DNA from: a virus
Taxonomy: Duplodnaviria; Caudoviricetes
Reading direction: 5' to 3' (one strand)
IMG/VR virus record: IMGVR_UViG_3300021255_005861
Location: 64,001-128,000 of that record
Length of the DNA stretch: 64,000 bases
The position numbers and the translations under genes were made by a program. The number at the start of each line of letters is the position of its first letter. Positions within the stretch are counted from its first letter, which is position 1. This document shows, piece by piece, positions 1 to 10,048 of this stretch. A model generated the notes under the pieces. The model searched no databases. It saw nothing but the letters and a program-made list of their open reading frames with translations, and was not told the DNA's origin.

Positions 1-1
1 C

Positions 2-820
2 AAGAAGAACGAAAAGGGCACTACACAGATTGAAACTTATGAGGGCTTTGACGAACTCTTGGGTTATGCCGATGCCGAATATCTGCTTGAAGATGTCGTG
101 GACGTTCTCTCCAAGTATTATACTTACGAAGATGAAACCTTTGACGAAGACCAGGCAAAGGATGACCCCGAATTTACTATCAAGATAGAAGGTGGTGATG
201 AACGGGCTGATTTCTACTCCGAAGATATTTTCTACGTTCATCTGCCTAACAAGGAAGCCGCCGAAGAATTGGCAAAGGTCCTGGGTGGCGAGTTGAGCGA
301 ATCCAAGAAACCCGAATCCTGCAAGGACGGCAAGAAAGAGAGTATGGAACGCTGCGACTCTTGCGGTGCGGTTATGACCGAGTATGACTATGACCGCTAT
401 GGTGGTCTTTGCAAGCGTTGTAGGGATAAGGGCGAGGCGAAGAAGCCTGCTGAAAGTTCCAAGAAGTCCGAAGGCATCTCCGATATGATCGACGCCAAGA
501 TCGACTACAACATGTTCATGCGCATGTGCAAGACCGCTGCATATCTCGAGGAGGACGAGGACTACTGGGATGCCCTGTGGGAATACTACTCCGAAGTAGG
601 TAGCATTGGCGACGCGCTCGTGTTTTTCGACAACTTGTTCCAGTATACCTCTTGGAAAACCGCAGAGGAATTGTGGACGGACTACTCCAATATCCTCGGC
701 GACAAGCCGGAAGGTAAGGACTACGAGGAGGCTCTGGACGCCTACTTGGATGAAAATGACAACGAGGTGGGGAGATCTGCCGTCTACAAGTATGGGGACC
801 ACTACCTCATGCTCCACTAG
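2..820 (+). CDS. Acidic multi-module protein, 5' truncated by the window edge (candidate head-internal polyprotein)
   Basis: Frame is open from position 2; D/E-rich modules separated by SESKKPES / ESSKKSEG linkers; small CxxC..CxxC module. Confidence 0.6.
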   Translation, partial: KKNEKGTTQIETYEGFDELLGYADAEYLLEDVVDVLSKYYTYEDETFDEDQAKDDPEFTIKIEGGDERADFYSEDIFYVHLPNKEAAEELAKVLGGELSESKKPESCKDGKKESMERCDSCGAVMTEYDYDRYGGLCKRCRDKGEAKKPAESSKKSEGISDMIDAKIDYNMFMRMCKTAAYLEEDEDYWDALWEYYSEVGSIGDALVFFDNLFQYTSWKTAEELWTDYSNILGDKPEGKDYEEALDAYLDENDNEVGRSAVYKYGDHYLMLH

Positions 821-856
821 GAAAAAAGGGCACATAATTAGTGTGCCCATTTTCCT
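800..856 (+). terminator. Hairpin (probable intrinsic terminator)
   Basis: GGGCACA-taattag-TGTGCCC followed by a T-rich tract just after the stop at 820. Confidence 0.55.
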
Positions 857-865
857 TATTTTTAT

Positions 866-901
866 TATATTTAAACTAAACAATATATTTAAACTAAACA
901 A
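866..901 (+). repeat. Tandem duplication of TATATTTAAACTAAACA (promoter -10-like unit)
   Basis: Two adjacent copies immediately upstream of the AGGAG RBS of the 917 gene. Confidence 0.7.
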
Positions 902-916
902 AAGGAGTTTATCACT

Positions 917-1330
917 ATGGATTACAGAAAAATCGCCGATGGCTGGGAAACGTACGACTACGAGGAAGCGGTGTTCAACGACGCCAAGGAAGCCATTCTC
1001 GAGTACATCGACTACCACAAGGACGAGGGCGACCTCCCGGACGACATCGAGGACATGCGTGACGAACTGAACGACGTCCTGTGGACGGAAGACTCCGTTA
1101 CCGGCAACGGCAGTGGGTCCTACACCTTCAGCCGCATCATGGCCGAACTCTACCTCATCGGCAACAGCGACCTCTACGAGCAGGCTTTGGAAGACCTCGG
1201 GGGCAAGTTCGACCCTGAACCCGAGAACCGCGACATCGCTATCCGCTGCAACCTGCTCGGCGGCGCCATCGACAAGGCGCTCGAGGACGAGGAAGTGAAA
1301 AAGGCTTTTGAGGACGCAAAAAAGGGCTAG
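917..1330 (+). CDS. Highly acidic phage protein (possible DNA mimic / anti-restriction)
   Basis: RBS AAGGAG; D/E-rich 137 aa; function inferred only from composition. Confidence 0.6.
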   Translation: MDYRKIADGWETYDYEEAVFNDAKEAILEYIDYHKDEGDLPDDIEDMRDELNDVLWTEDSVTGNGSGSYTFSRIMAELYLIGNSDLYEQALEDLGGKFDPEPENRDIAIRCNLLGGAIDKALEDEEVKKAFEDAKKG

Positions 1331-1331
1331 T

Positions 1332-1733
1332 ATGAAGATTACCATTCACGAGGCACGCAAGTCGATAGTCACGGAACTCACGTCCGCTATCCAGAAGAAC
1401 AAGCCCAAGGTTCTATTGAGCGACGACGCCGTGGTGTACTTTGATGACTACGACGATATGCTTGACGAGTTTGAAACCGCCTACCAGACATACGTCCACG
1501 TCAGCGGCAACCCGGACGAGGACATCCTGTTCTTGTACGAGCCCGACGAGAATATCGTGGTTATCGGCGACTTCGACGTAGACCACGAGGCTCGCGACCG
1601 CGCCAAGGAACTCATGGAGAAGTTCGTCCGCGGGGAACTGGTCAAGGCCGACAAGCCCCTCGGTGGACTGGATTACGTCGTTATCGAGGACGGCAATACC
1701 TATACTGCCACGGCATTCGTGGAAAGGGAATAG
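1332..1733 (+). CDS. Hypothetical protein with N-terminal tag MKITIHE
   Basis: ATG 1 nt after the previous stop; phage codon bias. Confidence 0.7.
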   Translation: MKITIHEARKSIVTELTSAIQKNKPKVLLSDDAVVYFDDYDDMLDEFETAYQTYVHVSGNPDEDILFLYEPDENIVVIGDFDVDHEARDRAKELMEKFVRGELVKADKPLGGLDYVVIEDGNTYTATAFVERE

Positions 1734-1734
1734 C

Positions 1735-3099
1735 ATGCGTATTACGAACCATAACATTGCCGAGAAGAAGCTCGGCAAGTCGGACATGAAGAAACTCGCA
1801 TCCGCCATCAACCGCGGATACATCTTCGAGGCCCTGGACATCGCCGAGGAAGTCGCCAAGACCAACCTCGATGAGGTCAAGAAGGCCGGGGAAGCCCTGG
1901 ACGAGTGCGAGCAGGCTCTCGCCGCCATTACCCTGTACAAGGGCAAGCTGGACGCCATCGGCGCTACAGCGGTGCGCAAGGCCATCGACTACACCTACAG
2001 CGAGGAAGGCGAGTCCGCCGAAAAGATAATGAAGACCGTCAAGGAGGCGCTCAAGGAACTGTACACGCAGTTCGGCGACCTCGCCAACGCCCGCGAGATG
2101 GTCAGCACGTTCCGCAGCAAGTACGCCTCCAACGGCACGATGTCGCTCAACAACGGCGGCAACGCCGTGGCCGTGACCCGCCAGGAACTGGAGGAGCTCG
2201 GTCTCGACCCGAATGTGTCCGCGTACGACTACATCTCCCGCACCAGCGTATCCGACAAGACCAAGAACGCCAAGCTGGCCGAGGAACTCGCCCCCATCAT
2301 CGAGAACGCCAAGAGCCTGACCACGTCCATCGTGGCGGCGGGCGAGAAGACGATAGCCGTGGAGGAGTTCAACAAGCTGCTCGCCTACCTCGAGGACCTC
2401 AAGAAGCGCTCCGAGGAAACCACGAAGGTTATCGCTACCCGTTTCTTCCAGGCCACACCCGCCGAGATCGACACTATCCCGAAGGAATCCCGTATGCAGG
2501 AGGGTATCCTGGATACGCTCAAGAATATGTTCAAGGGCGTCATGGACGCCGTTACCGAGGGCGTGGGCAAGGTGCTCGACTATTTGTTCGGGATGCAGGA
2601 CGAGGTGGACAACGCCGTGGACGCCTACGACGATCTCATGGCCACGCTCGCTTCCATGGGCTATAAGGTCAAGACTACCCCGCGTGAGAAGCACGAGAGC
2701 GTGTCTAGCCTCGTTGCCAAGATTAGCGAGTCCGTTGGCGTAGCCTGCGACAACCTGGCCAAGGACGCCTCCCTCGACGGCGAGTTCGTGGACGAGATAA
2801 TCTACACGAAGGAAGCCTTCAAGGACATCGCCGACTCCTTGAACAAGGCTACCGAGTCGCTCAAGGCGCTCAAGGGTATCGCCTCCTACCACGTCAACGA
2901 GGGCAACATGGAAATCGTGGGCATCCTCGCCGACGCCATTACCAAGATTGCCGCGGACAACAGCGGAGAGGAAGAGGACGATGGGAGCGAACTCCCGGAC
3001 GAACTCCCGCAAGAGGTTGACCGCACGTACCAGGGTGGAGAGCAGGAAGTGCCCGAAGAGGAAGAGCCCCCCTTCGGCGAGGAACCCGGCGAGTTCTAA
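1735..3099 (+). CDS. Helical, acidic-tailed virion/prohead core-like protein
   Basis: Starts MRITNHNIAE; coiled-coil composition, ES-type linkers, acidic C-terminus. Confidence 0.6.
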   Translation: MRITNHNIAEKKLGKSDMKKLASAINRGYIFEALDIAEEVAKTNLDEVKKAGEALDECEQALAAITLYKGKLDAIGATAVRKAIDYTYSEEGESAEKIMKTVKEALKELYTQFGDLANAREMVSTFRSKYASNGTMSLNNGGNAVAVTRQELEELGLDPNVSAYDYISRTSVSDKTKNAKLAEELAPIIENAKSLTTSIVAAGEKTIAVEEFNKLLAYLEDLKKRSEETTKVIATRFFQATPAEIDTIPKESRMQEGILDTLKNMFKGVMDAVTEGVGKVLDYLFGMQDEVDNAVDAYDDLMATLASMGYKVKTTPREKHESVSSLVAKISESVGVACDNLAKDASLDGEFVDEIIYTKEAFKDIADSLNKATESLKALKGIASYHVNEGNMEIVGILADAITKIAADNSGEEEDDGSELPDELPQEVDRTYQGGEQEVPEEEEPPFGEEPGEF

Positions 3100-3119
3100 A
3101 CGAGCCTAAAACCGAGATA

Positions 3120-3151
3120 GAAGTTCCGCGGAAGTTCCGCGGAACTTTTTT
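3120..3151 (+). terminator. Intrinsic terminator
   Basis: AAGTTCCGCGG..CCGCGGAACTT followed by a T run. Confidence 0.65.
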
Positions 3152-3221
3152 CATTTAGGGGGCTCGGAATCTTTAGTTTTTATGTATATTTAGGGTATAT
3201 TTTTCACGAGGTTAAACCTTT

Positions 3222-4247
3222 ATGATTATTGACCGCATACTCGACCGAAAGGGCTGGGAAGAGGACGGGAAGTACGACTACTACGACCCGAAGGAGTTCT
3301 ACAACGACATGATGGGCTATGCCGACATGGGCGGAGAGGAGATAGCCCGCGCCATGGACTTCGGCGAGGAAGAGGACGTCCGCAGGGAACTCTGCAAGTA
3401 CATCACCGACCATAACTACAACCCCGAGATATGCAAGTACATCAACTCGGTAAACTGGCTCACGGCCAACGAGCCCCCGAAAGTTAAGAAGGAGCCGTAT
3501 TGGGTCAAGTCCCACGGCGTGAACCCGATATTCAAGTACGTCCTTCGCCGCATGGAGTTCGGCGAGCCTTACGACTACAGCGAGTTCGCGAAGATAGTCA
3601 AGAAGGAAGCCAAGCCCGGATTCCACGGACACCACCCGCTCTACTACGCCGTCGTGACGTACAAGGACGAGACGGAAACGAAGGAAGTGCTCTGCGACAT
3701 GGTGCGCCGCAACCTAAGCAAGTTCGTGGATATGGACGTGGATAAGATATGCAACTTCGTGAACTCCGTGGACTGGATTCCGTCGAAGAAGACGGAAGAC
3801 TACGACGAGTCCGGCTACGTCCCGTGTCTCGTGGATTCCTACGACGGGGACTGGCTGTGGGAATTCTCGGGAGGGAACTCCATTGATGATTGCGGATTCG
3901 CGTTCAACGTGGACAAGTGGGTTGCGCTCGCGGGGATAGAGGACAAGGATGTTGCCCGTCGCCTCGTCGAGAATAACGACATGCTATCGGAGGAGTTCGC
4001 TCGTGTGGCCATCAGGTCCTTCTCCGTGTCCGCCGGCGGGTTCTATTCCGACGGGGTGCGTACTTCCGTGGAAGACCTCCCCAGCAGGGACGAATTCGCG
4101 GGCATGCTCAAGGACTGCGTGGACAACGTACTGAACATCAACCTTGAGGGGCTGGCCGAGGACGTCGAGCAGGCGCTGCTCTCCGACGAGGTCGTGGACA
4201 AGATGTACGACGAGTTCTACGACACCTACCACAATTACGAGGAGTAG
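3222..4247 (+). CDS. Hypothetical acidic protein with an internal duplicated module
   Basis: EICKYINSVNWL and KICNFVNSVDWI repeats. Confidence 0.7.
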   Translation: MIIDRILDRKGWEEDGKYDYYDPKEFYNDMMGYADMGGEEIARAMDFGEEEDVRRELCKYITDHNYNPEICKYINSVNWLTANEPPKVKKEPYWVKSHGVNPIFKYVLRRMEFGEPYDYSEFAKIVKKEAKPGFHGHHPLYYAVVTYKDETETKEVLCDMVRRNLSKFVDMDVDKICNFVNSVDWIPSKKTEDYDESGYVPCLVDSYDGDWLWEFSGGNSIDDCGFAFNVDKWVALAGIEDKDVARRLVENNDMLSEEFARVAIRSFSVSAGGFYSDGVRTSVEDLPSRDEFAGMLKDCVDNVLNINLEGLAEDVEQALLSDEVVDKMYDEFYDTYHNYEE

Positions 4248-4251
4248 TCCT

Positions 4252-4776
4252 ATGCTCAAAATCCGAGTTCACGAAAGACTTAACGAGGCATTCAACCCCA
4301 AGACCGTCAAGATTGGCAACCAGGTGTGGATGGCAGAAAATCTCGCCATTGACGATGGTGGCGAGGGTATTAAGGTTCGGAATGGAAATACATATTATGA
4401 TTGGGATGCTGCGATGCGTGTGGCTTCAAACATAAAAGGTTGGCATCTGCCGACATTATCCGAATTTGAAGATTTAGTTGAATTTGTAGGTCCCAAACCC
4501 GCAAATAAATTGAAATCCACAGAGGGATGGGTATTTGAAGAATGGCGGGGTTTAGATACAAAAGGCACTGATGATTTTGGATTTACAGCCCTGCCCGTGG
4601 GGTGTATGGACGTAGCGGGTCTTGGAGGCGTAGGCTACCGCACTCGGTTTTGGAGTTCCTCTTGTAGTGATAAAAAAACCGCCCGAACACTGTCATTATG
4701 GAATGATTTGTCCCGTGTAAATTTCCTACACGATGATAAAGAACTTCTTTTGTCCGTCCGCTTAATCAAGGACTAG
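4252..4776 (+). CDS. FISUMP (Fibrobacter succinogenes major paralogous) domain protein with N-terminal tag
   Basis: TVKIGNQVWMAENL, YYDWDAA, GWHLPT..EF..L, GTDDFGFTALP.G, FWSS, SVRLIKD motifs. Confidence 0.85.
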   Translation: MLKIRVHERLNEAFNPKTVKIGNQVWMAENLAIDDGGEGIKVRNGNTYYDWDAAMRVASNIKGWHLPTLSEFEDLVEFVGPKPANKLKSTEGWVFEEWRGLDTKGTDDFGFTALPVGCMDVAGLGGVGYRTRFWSSSCSDKKTARTLSLWNDLSRVNFLHDDKELLLSVRLIKD

Positions 4777-4780
4777 CCCT

Positions 4781-5458
4781 ATGCCTCGCAGCCTCGACGA
4801 CATGGAATACCTCAAGGGCAAGCACGCCCAGAACGTGATAACGAATATCGCGGACCTCCATACCTATGTCGCCTTGAAGCACAGCATATCCATCATCGGG
4901 TACAACACCGAGGTGTACCTGCCCCGCGAGGGCAAGCGCATCGACGAGCCCGAGGAACTGACACCGGGCGGACGCCCCGACCTATACGGCGCCCCCATAC
5001 TGGGCGACTACGAGCCCGAGACGAGAACGGGCTCCCTCTACAACGACAAGGACCATGAGTACCTGTACGAGGACACCCCGGACTTCATCGCCCGCATCGC
5101 GTTCCTCGACCCGCAGGCGCAGCCCGTTATCCGCGGCACGGATACGTTCATCAGCGAGGAGAACACCGCCTACACGCTCAAGTGGACCGACGGCGAGGAG
5201 GGTTCCGTAGTGGACAGCGCCCGCGACGACATCGTCACGTCCCGCCCGTACCCCCAGCCGATATCCTACAAGGACGGCAAGCCCACGCACCGCAACTACT
5301 GCCCTGGCGATATCGCCCTCTACAGCAAGCTGCTCATTCACTACGGCGGCGAGGACTTGAGCTACTTCGTGAAGAACGTGCGCGTGCTCCGCAACCCGAA
5401 TGCCAAGTACGAGGCGCATGAAGCCCTAATTTACCTGGATTTAGTCCTCCACTTGTAG
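4781..5458 (+). CDS. Hypothetical protein (possibly structural)
   Basis: Clean ORF with phage codon usage. Confidence 0.65.
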   Translation: MPRSLDDMEYLKGKHAQNVITNIADLHTYVALKHSISIIGYNTEVYLPREGKRIDEPEELTPGGRPDLYGAPILGDYEPETRTGSLYNDKDHEYLYEDTPDFIARIAFLDPQAQPVIRGTDTFISEENTAYTLKWTDGEEGSVVDSARDDIVTSRPYPQPISYKDGKPTHRNYCPGDIALYSKLLIHYGGEDLSYFVKNVRVLRNPNAKYEAHEALIYLDLVLHL

Positions 5459-5481
5459 CAAAAAAGAATTATATTTACGGT

Positions 5482-8247
5482 ATGCCTAAGTCCGCATTTC
5501 TACATAAGAAGAGTCTGCTCGACACGTTCAAGGACGACTACAGGGTCACGAACCCGATAAAGGCCGCCCGAGCCGAGCGCACGTGGGACAACCCCATCGT
5601 GCGCCACAAGCGCGAACGCGAGATAAACAAGTGGGCTCACTCCTTCGCGGGCAAGAAGCACTTCAGGAAACTGACGCGGTTCAACGCCACCAGAGAGGCG
5701 AACGAGTCCTGCCGGGTGCTATACCCGCTGGAAGACGTGGTCAAGGTGGTAACGGACGCCCTGCGAACCATACGGACGCGCATATACCAGGTGGACGGGT
5801 ACTACCAGTTCATACAGGACAAGTTACAATACGGCATGGTCGTGGCCAAGGATATCGCCCACAGGGACTTCCCGTACAGGTGGGAGGTGCAGGCCAACCT
5901 GGTCACGCGCTTGAAGAAGGGCAACGAGATAGTAATGGAATACCATCCGGATACCCCGGAACAACTTAGCGAGTACCTTCAGGAAGAAGGTGCTATAGAA
6001 TCCAACGAGGCTAAAATGAAGATCAGCGTACGCGAGAGCAAGAAAAACGAAAAGGACGAACCGACCTACGTATGGTTCGGCCTGGAACATGACGAGGACG
6101 GGGATTATACTGACTCCCTGGCCGTATTCGTGGACGACGTTTCCAACGGCATGGTTACGGTCTATGCCCACATGGGACAGCACTCTTCTGCGAGCCTGGA
6201 CTACGTGGCAGGACTGGAAGCAGACCCGAACCCGAAGGGCGACTTGTACAAGGAACTCATCGGACAGGGCTACGACAACCTCGTGGTTGTTAATACGGAT
6301 GTGGCCGAGGATATGCTCGGCATCCGCATGCACCCGGACGACGATGCCCGCGAACTTGAAGACCCGGAGAAGTACGACAAGTACGAAGCCCGCGAGGTCA
6401 AGACGGCCTGGACGTATCTCGGGGAACTTGAAAAATTGGAAGGTGCTGACTCCCGCAAGGAGGCTACCGGAAAGATGCTGGATGCGCTCGGCTATACGCA
6501 GGGTACTGAAGGTCGCTGGTATGACGATGAAGGCGACGAGGTGAATATCATCGACGTGCTTGACAACACTGAGTGGGACAAGGCCGTGACTATATGCGGC
6601 CCGCTCCAGGAGTCCAAGAACGCCCGCGAGGACTTCTACAAGGGTAAAGACCGCGGGTTTCTCGTGCTCGTGCAGAAATTGATTGCCGACAACTGGTATG
6701 CCGGTGCACGCAAGGAATATCCCGGCCTTACCCTCGACTGCTACGAGATGGACGGTGCCGGCGACGACATGAAGATTTGTTTCGAGGCCTACGGCGAGGA
6801 GATAGACGACCCGATGTCTGAAGGCCTCATGGAGGTAGCGGAGGAGTCCGCAAAGAAGGGATGCGCCGACGCGAACCGCAGTACCTACCCGCGTATCGCG
6901 GACTACGGTCTGGAAGCCAACTTTATCAGTTGGGACGAGCCCAACGTGTTCCGCGACCAGTGGAATTACGTGATAAACTTGAGTTCCAAGCCCAAGGGCA
7001 AGAAGGGCGAGTCCAAGAAACAGGCCAATGAAATGGTTGGTAATAAAAAATGGGTTATCCGCATCAAGCGTCTTGGTAAGAACTATTACGTATGTAGCAG
7101 TTCGTTTAGAGTCAATAAGGCATTCCGTTATCCTTCATTGGGTGGACCATTTGTCTGCTCGGATTGGGATATAACTGAAAGGGATATAGCCAAATACGAC
7201 AATTACAATGACGCAAAGAAAGCGTGGGATAGTATGGCACAGGTTCTACGTGGAGGATTGCCATTCTATAAGGAAGGTGAAGATTACGAGATAGTCCAAG
7301 TAAATTTTTCTATGATGGGCGAGTCCAAGGAACCTGCCGACGAAAAGTTGGGTTATGAAAAAGGACACAAGAACAGCAAGGGCGAGCCTGCCCCGTGGGT
7401 TATCCGTTCCCACGAGGACAACCGCGTACTCGCCTCCTTCGCGAACAAGGACGATGCCTACGCCCACCTCCAGCGCATGAAGCAGTACTCTGAGAGCCGC
7501 TCCGTGGACGACTACGACACCCTGCGTGACGGACTCAAGGAACTCGGCTTCGAACTTGACTCCGATACCCGCAATGGTAAGGTCTACGCCTACCGCTCCC
7601 GCTTCAAGGCTACGAAGGACGGAGTTGTTTACCGGTTCATCATAAACGAGGACGGAGAGGATACCGCTTCCATCGAGGTCTTTGTCGGCGACGACGAGAA
7701 GTCCACAAGATACAAGACCGTGAATGACGTGCTGACAGCATTTAAAGGTACGTCCGAGTCCTTCCACAAGGTCCAGGTCAAGGACACGCTGTTCGACATT
7801 CTCAAGAAGCACGGGGTAAACGACAAGGCCAAGGTGTCCTATGACGGCGACGCCATCGTGTGCGAGTATGACGGCACCACGATCCGTATCGACAACGACC
7901 TCGCCCTGACCGCCAAGATGCAGGACAAGACCATCGACCGCAAGTACGGTACGCTGGCAGACCTCTCCGCAGACCTGGACAAGTATTTTACCAAGTACGT
8001 CAAGGAGTCCCTTGAGAAGAACGGCGTCATCGTCGTTCCCGAATGGTTGTGGATAGCCTACGAGACGGGCGACTCCTCCAACCTCTCCGTCGAGGAGGAG
8101 CAGATACTGGATGGGTTCCGGGCGATGGCCGCGGGCAAGGTGTTTGACGCTGAAGCCGAGCCCTCGTTCAGTGCGTTCAACGACTTCGACGACTACGCCG
8201 GAAACTGCTACGAGGTGCAAGTCTATACAATCAAGGAAGGTGTATAA
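5482..8247 (+). CDS. 921 aa multi-module polyprotein-like protein
   Basis: Unrelated ~60-110 aa modules separated by ESKK/ESKN/ESKE/SES linkers; internal RBS and ATG at 6016 (MKISVRESKK). Confidence 0.75.
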   Translation: MPKSAFLHKKSLLDTFKDDYRVTNPIKAARAERTWDNPIVRHKREREINKWAHSFAGKKHFRKLTRFNATREANESCRVLYPLEDVVKVVTDALRTIRTRIYQVDGYYQFIQDKLQYGMVVAKDIAHRDFPYRWEVQANLVTRLKKGNEIVMEYHPDTPEQLSEYLQEEGAIESNEAKMKISVRESKKNEKDEPTYVWFGLEHDEDGDYTDSLAVFVDDVSNGMVTVYAHMGQHSSASLDYVAGLEADPNPKGDLYKELIGQGYDNLVVVNTDVAEDMLGIRMHPDDDARELEDPEKYDKYEAREVKTAWTYLGELEKLEGADSRKEATGKMLDALGYTQGTEGRWYDDEGDEVNIIDVLDNTEWDKAVTICGPLQESKNAREDFYKGKDRGFLVLVQKLIADNWYAGARKEYPGLTLDCYEMDGAGDDMKICFEAYGEEIDDPMSEGLMEVAEESAKKGCADANRSTYPRIADYGLEANFISWDEPNVFRDQWNYVINLSSKPKGKKGESKKQANEMVGNKKWVIRIKRLGKNYYVCSSSFRVNKAFRYPSLGGPFVCSDWDITERDIAKYDNYNDAKKAWDSMAQVLRGGLPFYKEGEDYEIVQVNFSMMGESKEPADEKLGYEKGHKNSKGEPAPWVIRSHEDNRVLASFANKDDAYAHLQRMKQYSESRSVDDYDTLRDGLKELGFELDSDTRNGKVYAYRSRFKATKDGVVYRFIINEDGEDTASIEVFVGDDEKSTRYKTVNDVLTAFKGTSESFHKVQVKDTLFDILKKHGVNDKAKVSYDGDAIVCEYDGTTIRIDNDLALTAKMQDKTIDRKYGTLADLSADLDKYFTKYVKESLEKNGVIVVPEWLWIAYETGDSSNLSVEEEQILDGFRAMAAGKVFDAEAEPSFSAFNDFDDYAGNCYEVQVYTIKEGV

Positions 8248-8477
8248 TGATTATCAAGGTAAAGGAAAGCAAGAAGTACGACGTGTTCGTGCGCCTCGGC
8301 GTGATGATGCAGTTCACGGAAGAGGAACTGCTGAAGATGGCGGAAGGCGACAACATGCCGATGCAGCAGGCGCTCGCCAAGGGCGACTACCGCGTGAGCG
8401 GCGAGACCTACATCCCGCAGGCCGCACTCGAGGACGCCGGCATCCCGTTCGACGATGATATCAGTATGGATCTGTAA
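8247..8477 (+). CDS. Small protein with tag MIIKVKESKK
   Basis: TAATG coupling to the upstream gene. Confidence 0.7.
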   Translation: MIIKVKESKKYDVFVRLGVMMQFTEEELLKMAEGDNMPMQQALAKGDYRVSGETYIPQAALEDAGIPFDDDISMDL

Positions 8478-8540
8478 GCAAGATATAAGTTGCTTTGCCC
8501 CAAAGAATAACTTATATTTTGTTCAAAGAGAAATGCTACC

Positions 8541-8681
8541 ATGCCTGTCAAGATATCGGTAAAACGAATAAACAAGTCGAGGTTTGTCCCCCAGGACAAG
8601 CCCGCTATGTCGTTTATGGATGCATTTGAGATTGTGAAGAAACAATACAAGGATGCGTTTGATTACTTGAGGGACAAATGA
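8541..8681 (+). CDS. 46 aa protein with an antitoxin-like C-terminus
   Basis: MPVKISVKRINK...FEIVKKQYKDAFDYLRDK; below the ORF-track cutoff. Confidence 0.5.
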   Translation: MPVKISVKRINKSRFVPQDKPAMSFMDAFEIVKKQYKDAFDYLRDK

Positions 8682-8740
8682 TTACTGCTACCCTAAAGGA
8701 CAAACTTTAACTGTAAACCAGTAACAATTATCTAATTTTT

Positions 8741-10036
8741 ATGAAAACGGTTAAATTGCAAATATCTAATATACCTGATATACAAGATGACTTACGTACG
8801 TTTAGTAGTATGGTACGTATTGCATTTAATCGTTTTTATGAGGGGCATACCGAAAAACAAATTACTGAATATTTAAAGATACGATTTGTTACTAATAGCT
8901 GGGTCATTCGTTCGGCGATACAATCTGCCCATAATTTATATGTTGCACAAATTCCAAAAAATTCTATTTTTGGAGGAAAGACTAATCTTGTTCGTTATTT
9001 AAAAGGTTTAATTACAAAAGAACAATTTAGACGTAATCGGCAGTTTCCGTTTAGTAGTACTGGTGAAACACATTATAGAGGTAACAGACTATTTGATTTT
9101 GATTTTGATAATAATCAAGTAATATATAAGTTACATAAGGGATCATGTAAAGTTATTCAATTCCGTCCAGTAAAGAAGAAACTAGCCAACGAGTTAGCCA
9201 AGGTTCAAGAGCTGGCAGACCAGAAGAAGATGTCTGTAACCGTCAAGTTCACGGACAAATACCTCTATCTTACCTATGATGAGTCCTTGATTTACAATGA
9301 TGCCTATAAAGGTTTAAAGGCTAATAGAGTTCTAGGTATAGATATGAACCCCAACTACATAGGGGTGTCTGTTATTGAGTTCAACAAGAACGATGAATTT
9401 AGGGTCTTGCATAAGGAAGTGTATGATCTGACAATGCTTACGAAGCCTAGTGGTAAGTCTAGTAGTGATGCTAAATCAAAGTATCTTACAAATAAGTTGA
9501 AGCACGAGACCATCGCTATTGCACATAAGATAAATAAGTTAGTGGATTATTGGAAGTGCAGTAAACTTGCTATTGAAGATCTGTCTATTAAGTCCTCGGA
9601 TAAAGGTAAGGGCAAGGTTTTTAACCGCCTATGCAACAACAAGTGGGAACGCCAACTCTTTGTGAACAAACTCAAAATGTTGGCTAATATCCACCGCTAT
9701 GAGTTGGTTGAGGTTAATCCGGCCTATTCTTCAATAGTTGGCAATTTCGCATATGGGAGTCCGAATACTCCCGATATGATAGCCGCGTCTATTGAGATCG
9801 CCCGTAGAGCATACAAGAAGTTTGAAAAGGGATGGTTCTATCCCAGGTTTAACGTTGAAACCCAAGACGAGCGATGGAAGCAAACGCTTGGTGGAGTGGA
9901 AACCTGGAAGGGCTTATTCCAAAAAATAAAAAAAGCGAAACTCAAATATCGTTTTCTGCTATCCGACTATGTTGGAAATGCAGTTTTTAGTAATTCCTAT
10001 AAAAATCATAAATGGAAATTTCTATCATTTAATTAA
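8741..10036 (+). CDS. tnpB: TnpB-related RuvC nuclease lacking the C-terminal zinc finger
   Basis: VLGIDMN (RuvC-I), AIEDL (II), VNPAYSS..PDMIAAS (III); AT-rich relative to flanks; element ends not resolved. Confidence 0.8.
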   Translation: MKTVKLQISNIPDIQDDLRTFSSMVRIAFNRFYEGHTEKQITEYLKIRFVTNSWVIRSAIQSAHNLYVAQIPKNSIFGGKTNLVRYLKGLITKEQFRRNRQFPFSSTGETHYRGNRLFDFDFDNNQVIYKLHKGSCKVIQFRPVKKKLANELAKVQELADQKKMSVTVKFTDKYLYLTYDESLIYNDAYKGLKANRVLGIDMNPNYIGVSVIEFNKNDEFRVLHKEVYDLTMLTKPSGKSSSDAKSKYLTNKLKHETIAIAHKINKLVDYWKCSKLAIEDLSIKSSDKGKGKVFNRLCNNKWERQLFVNKLKMLANIHRYELVEVNPAYSSIVGNFAYGSPNTPDMIAASIEIARRAYKKFEKGWFYPRFNVETQDERWKQTLGGVETWKGLFQKIKKAKLKYRFLLSDYVGNAVFSNSYKNHKWKFLSFN

Positions 10037-10048
10037 AGGAGTTATATT

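Noticed and set aside
1681-3012. Long antisense and alternate-frame ORFs (for example 1681-3012, 23033-24103, 27956-29320, 28075-29547, 59029-60084)
   Set aside because: Shadows of strongly GC3-biased real genes; no RBS or motifs, and V/L/R/G-biased composition
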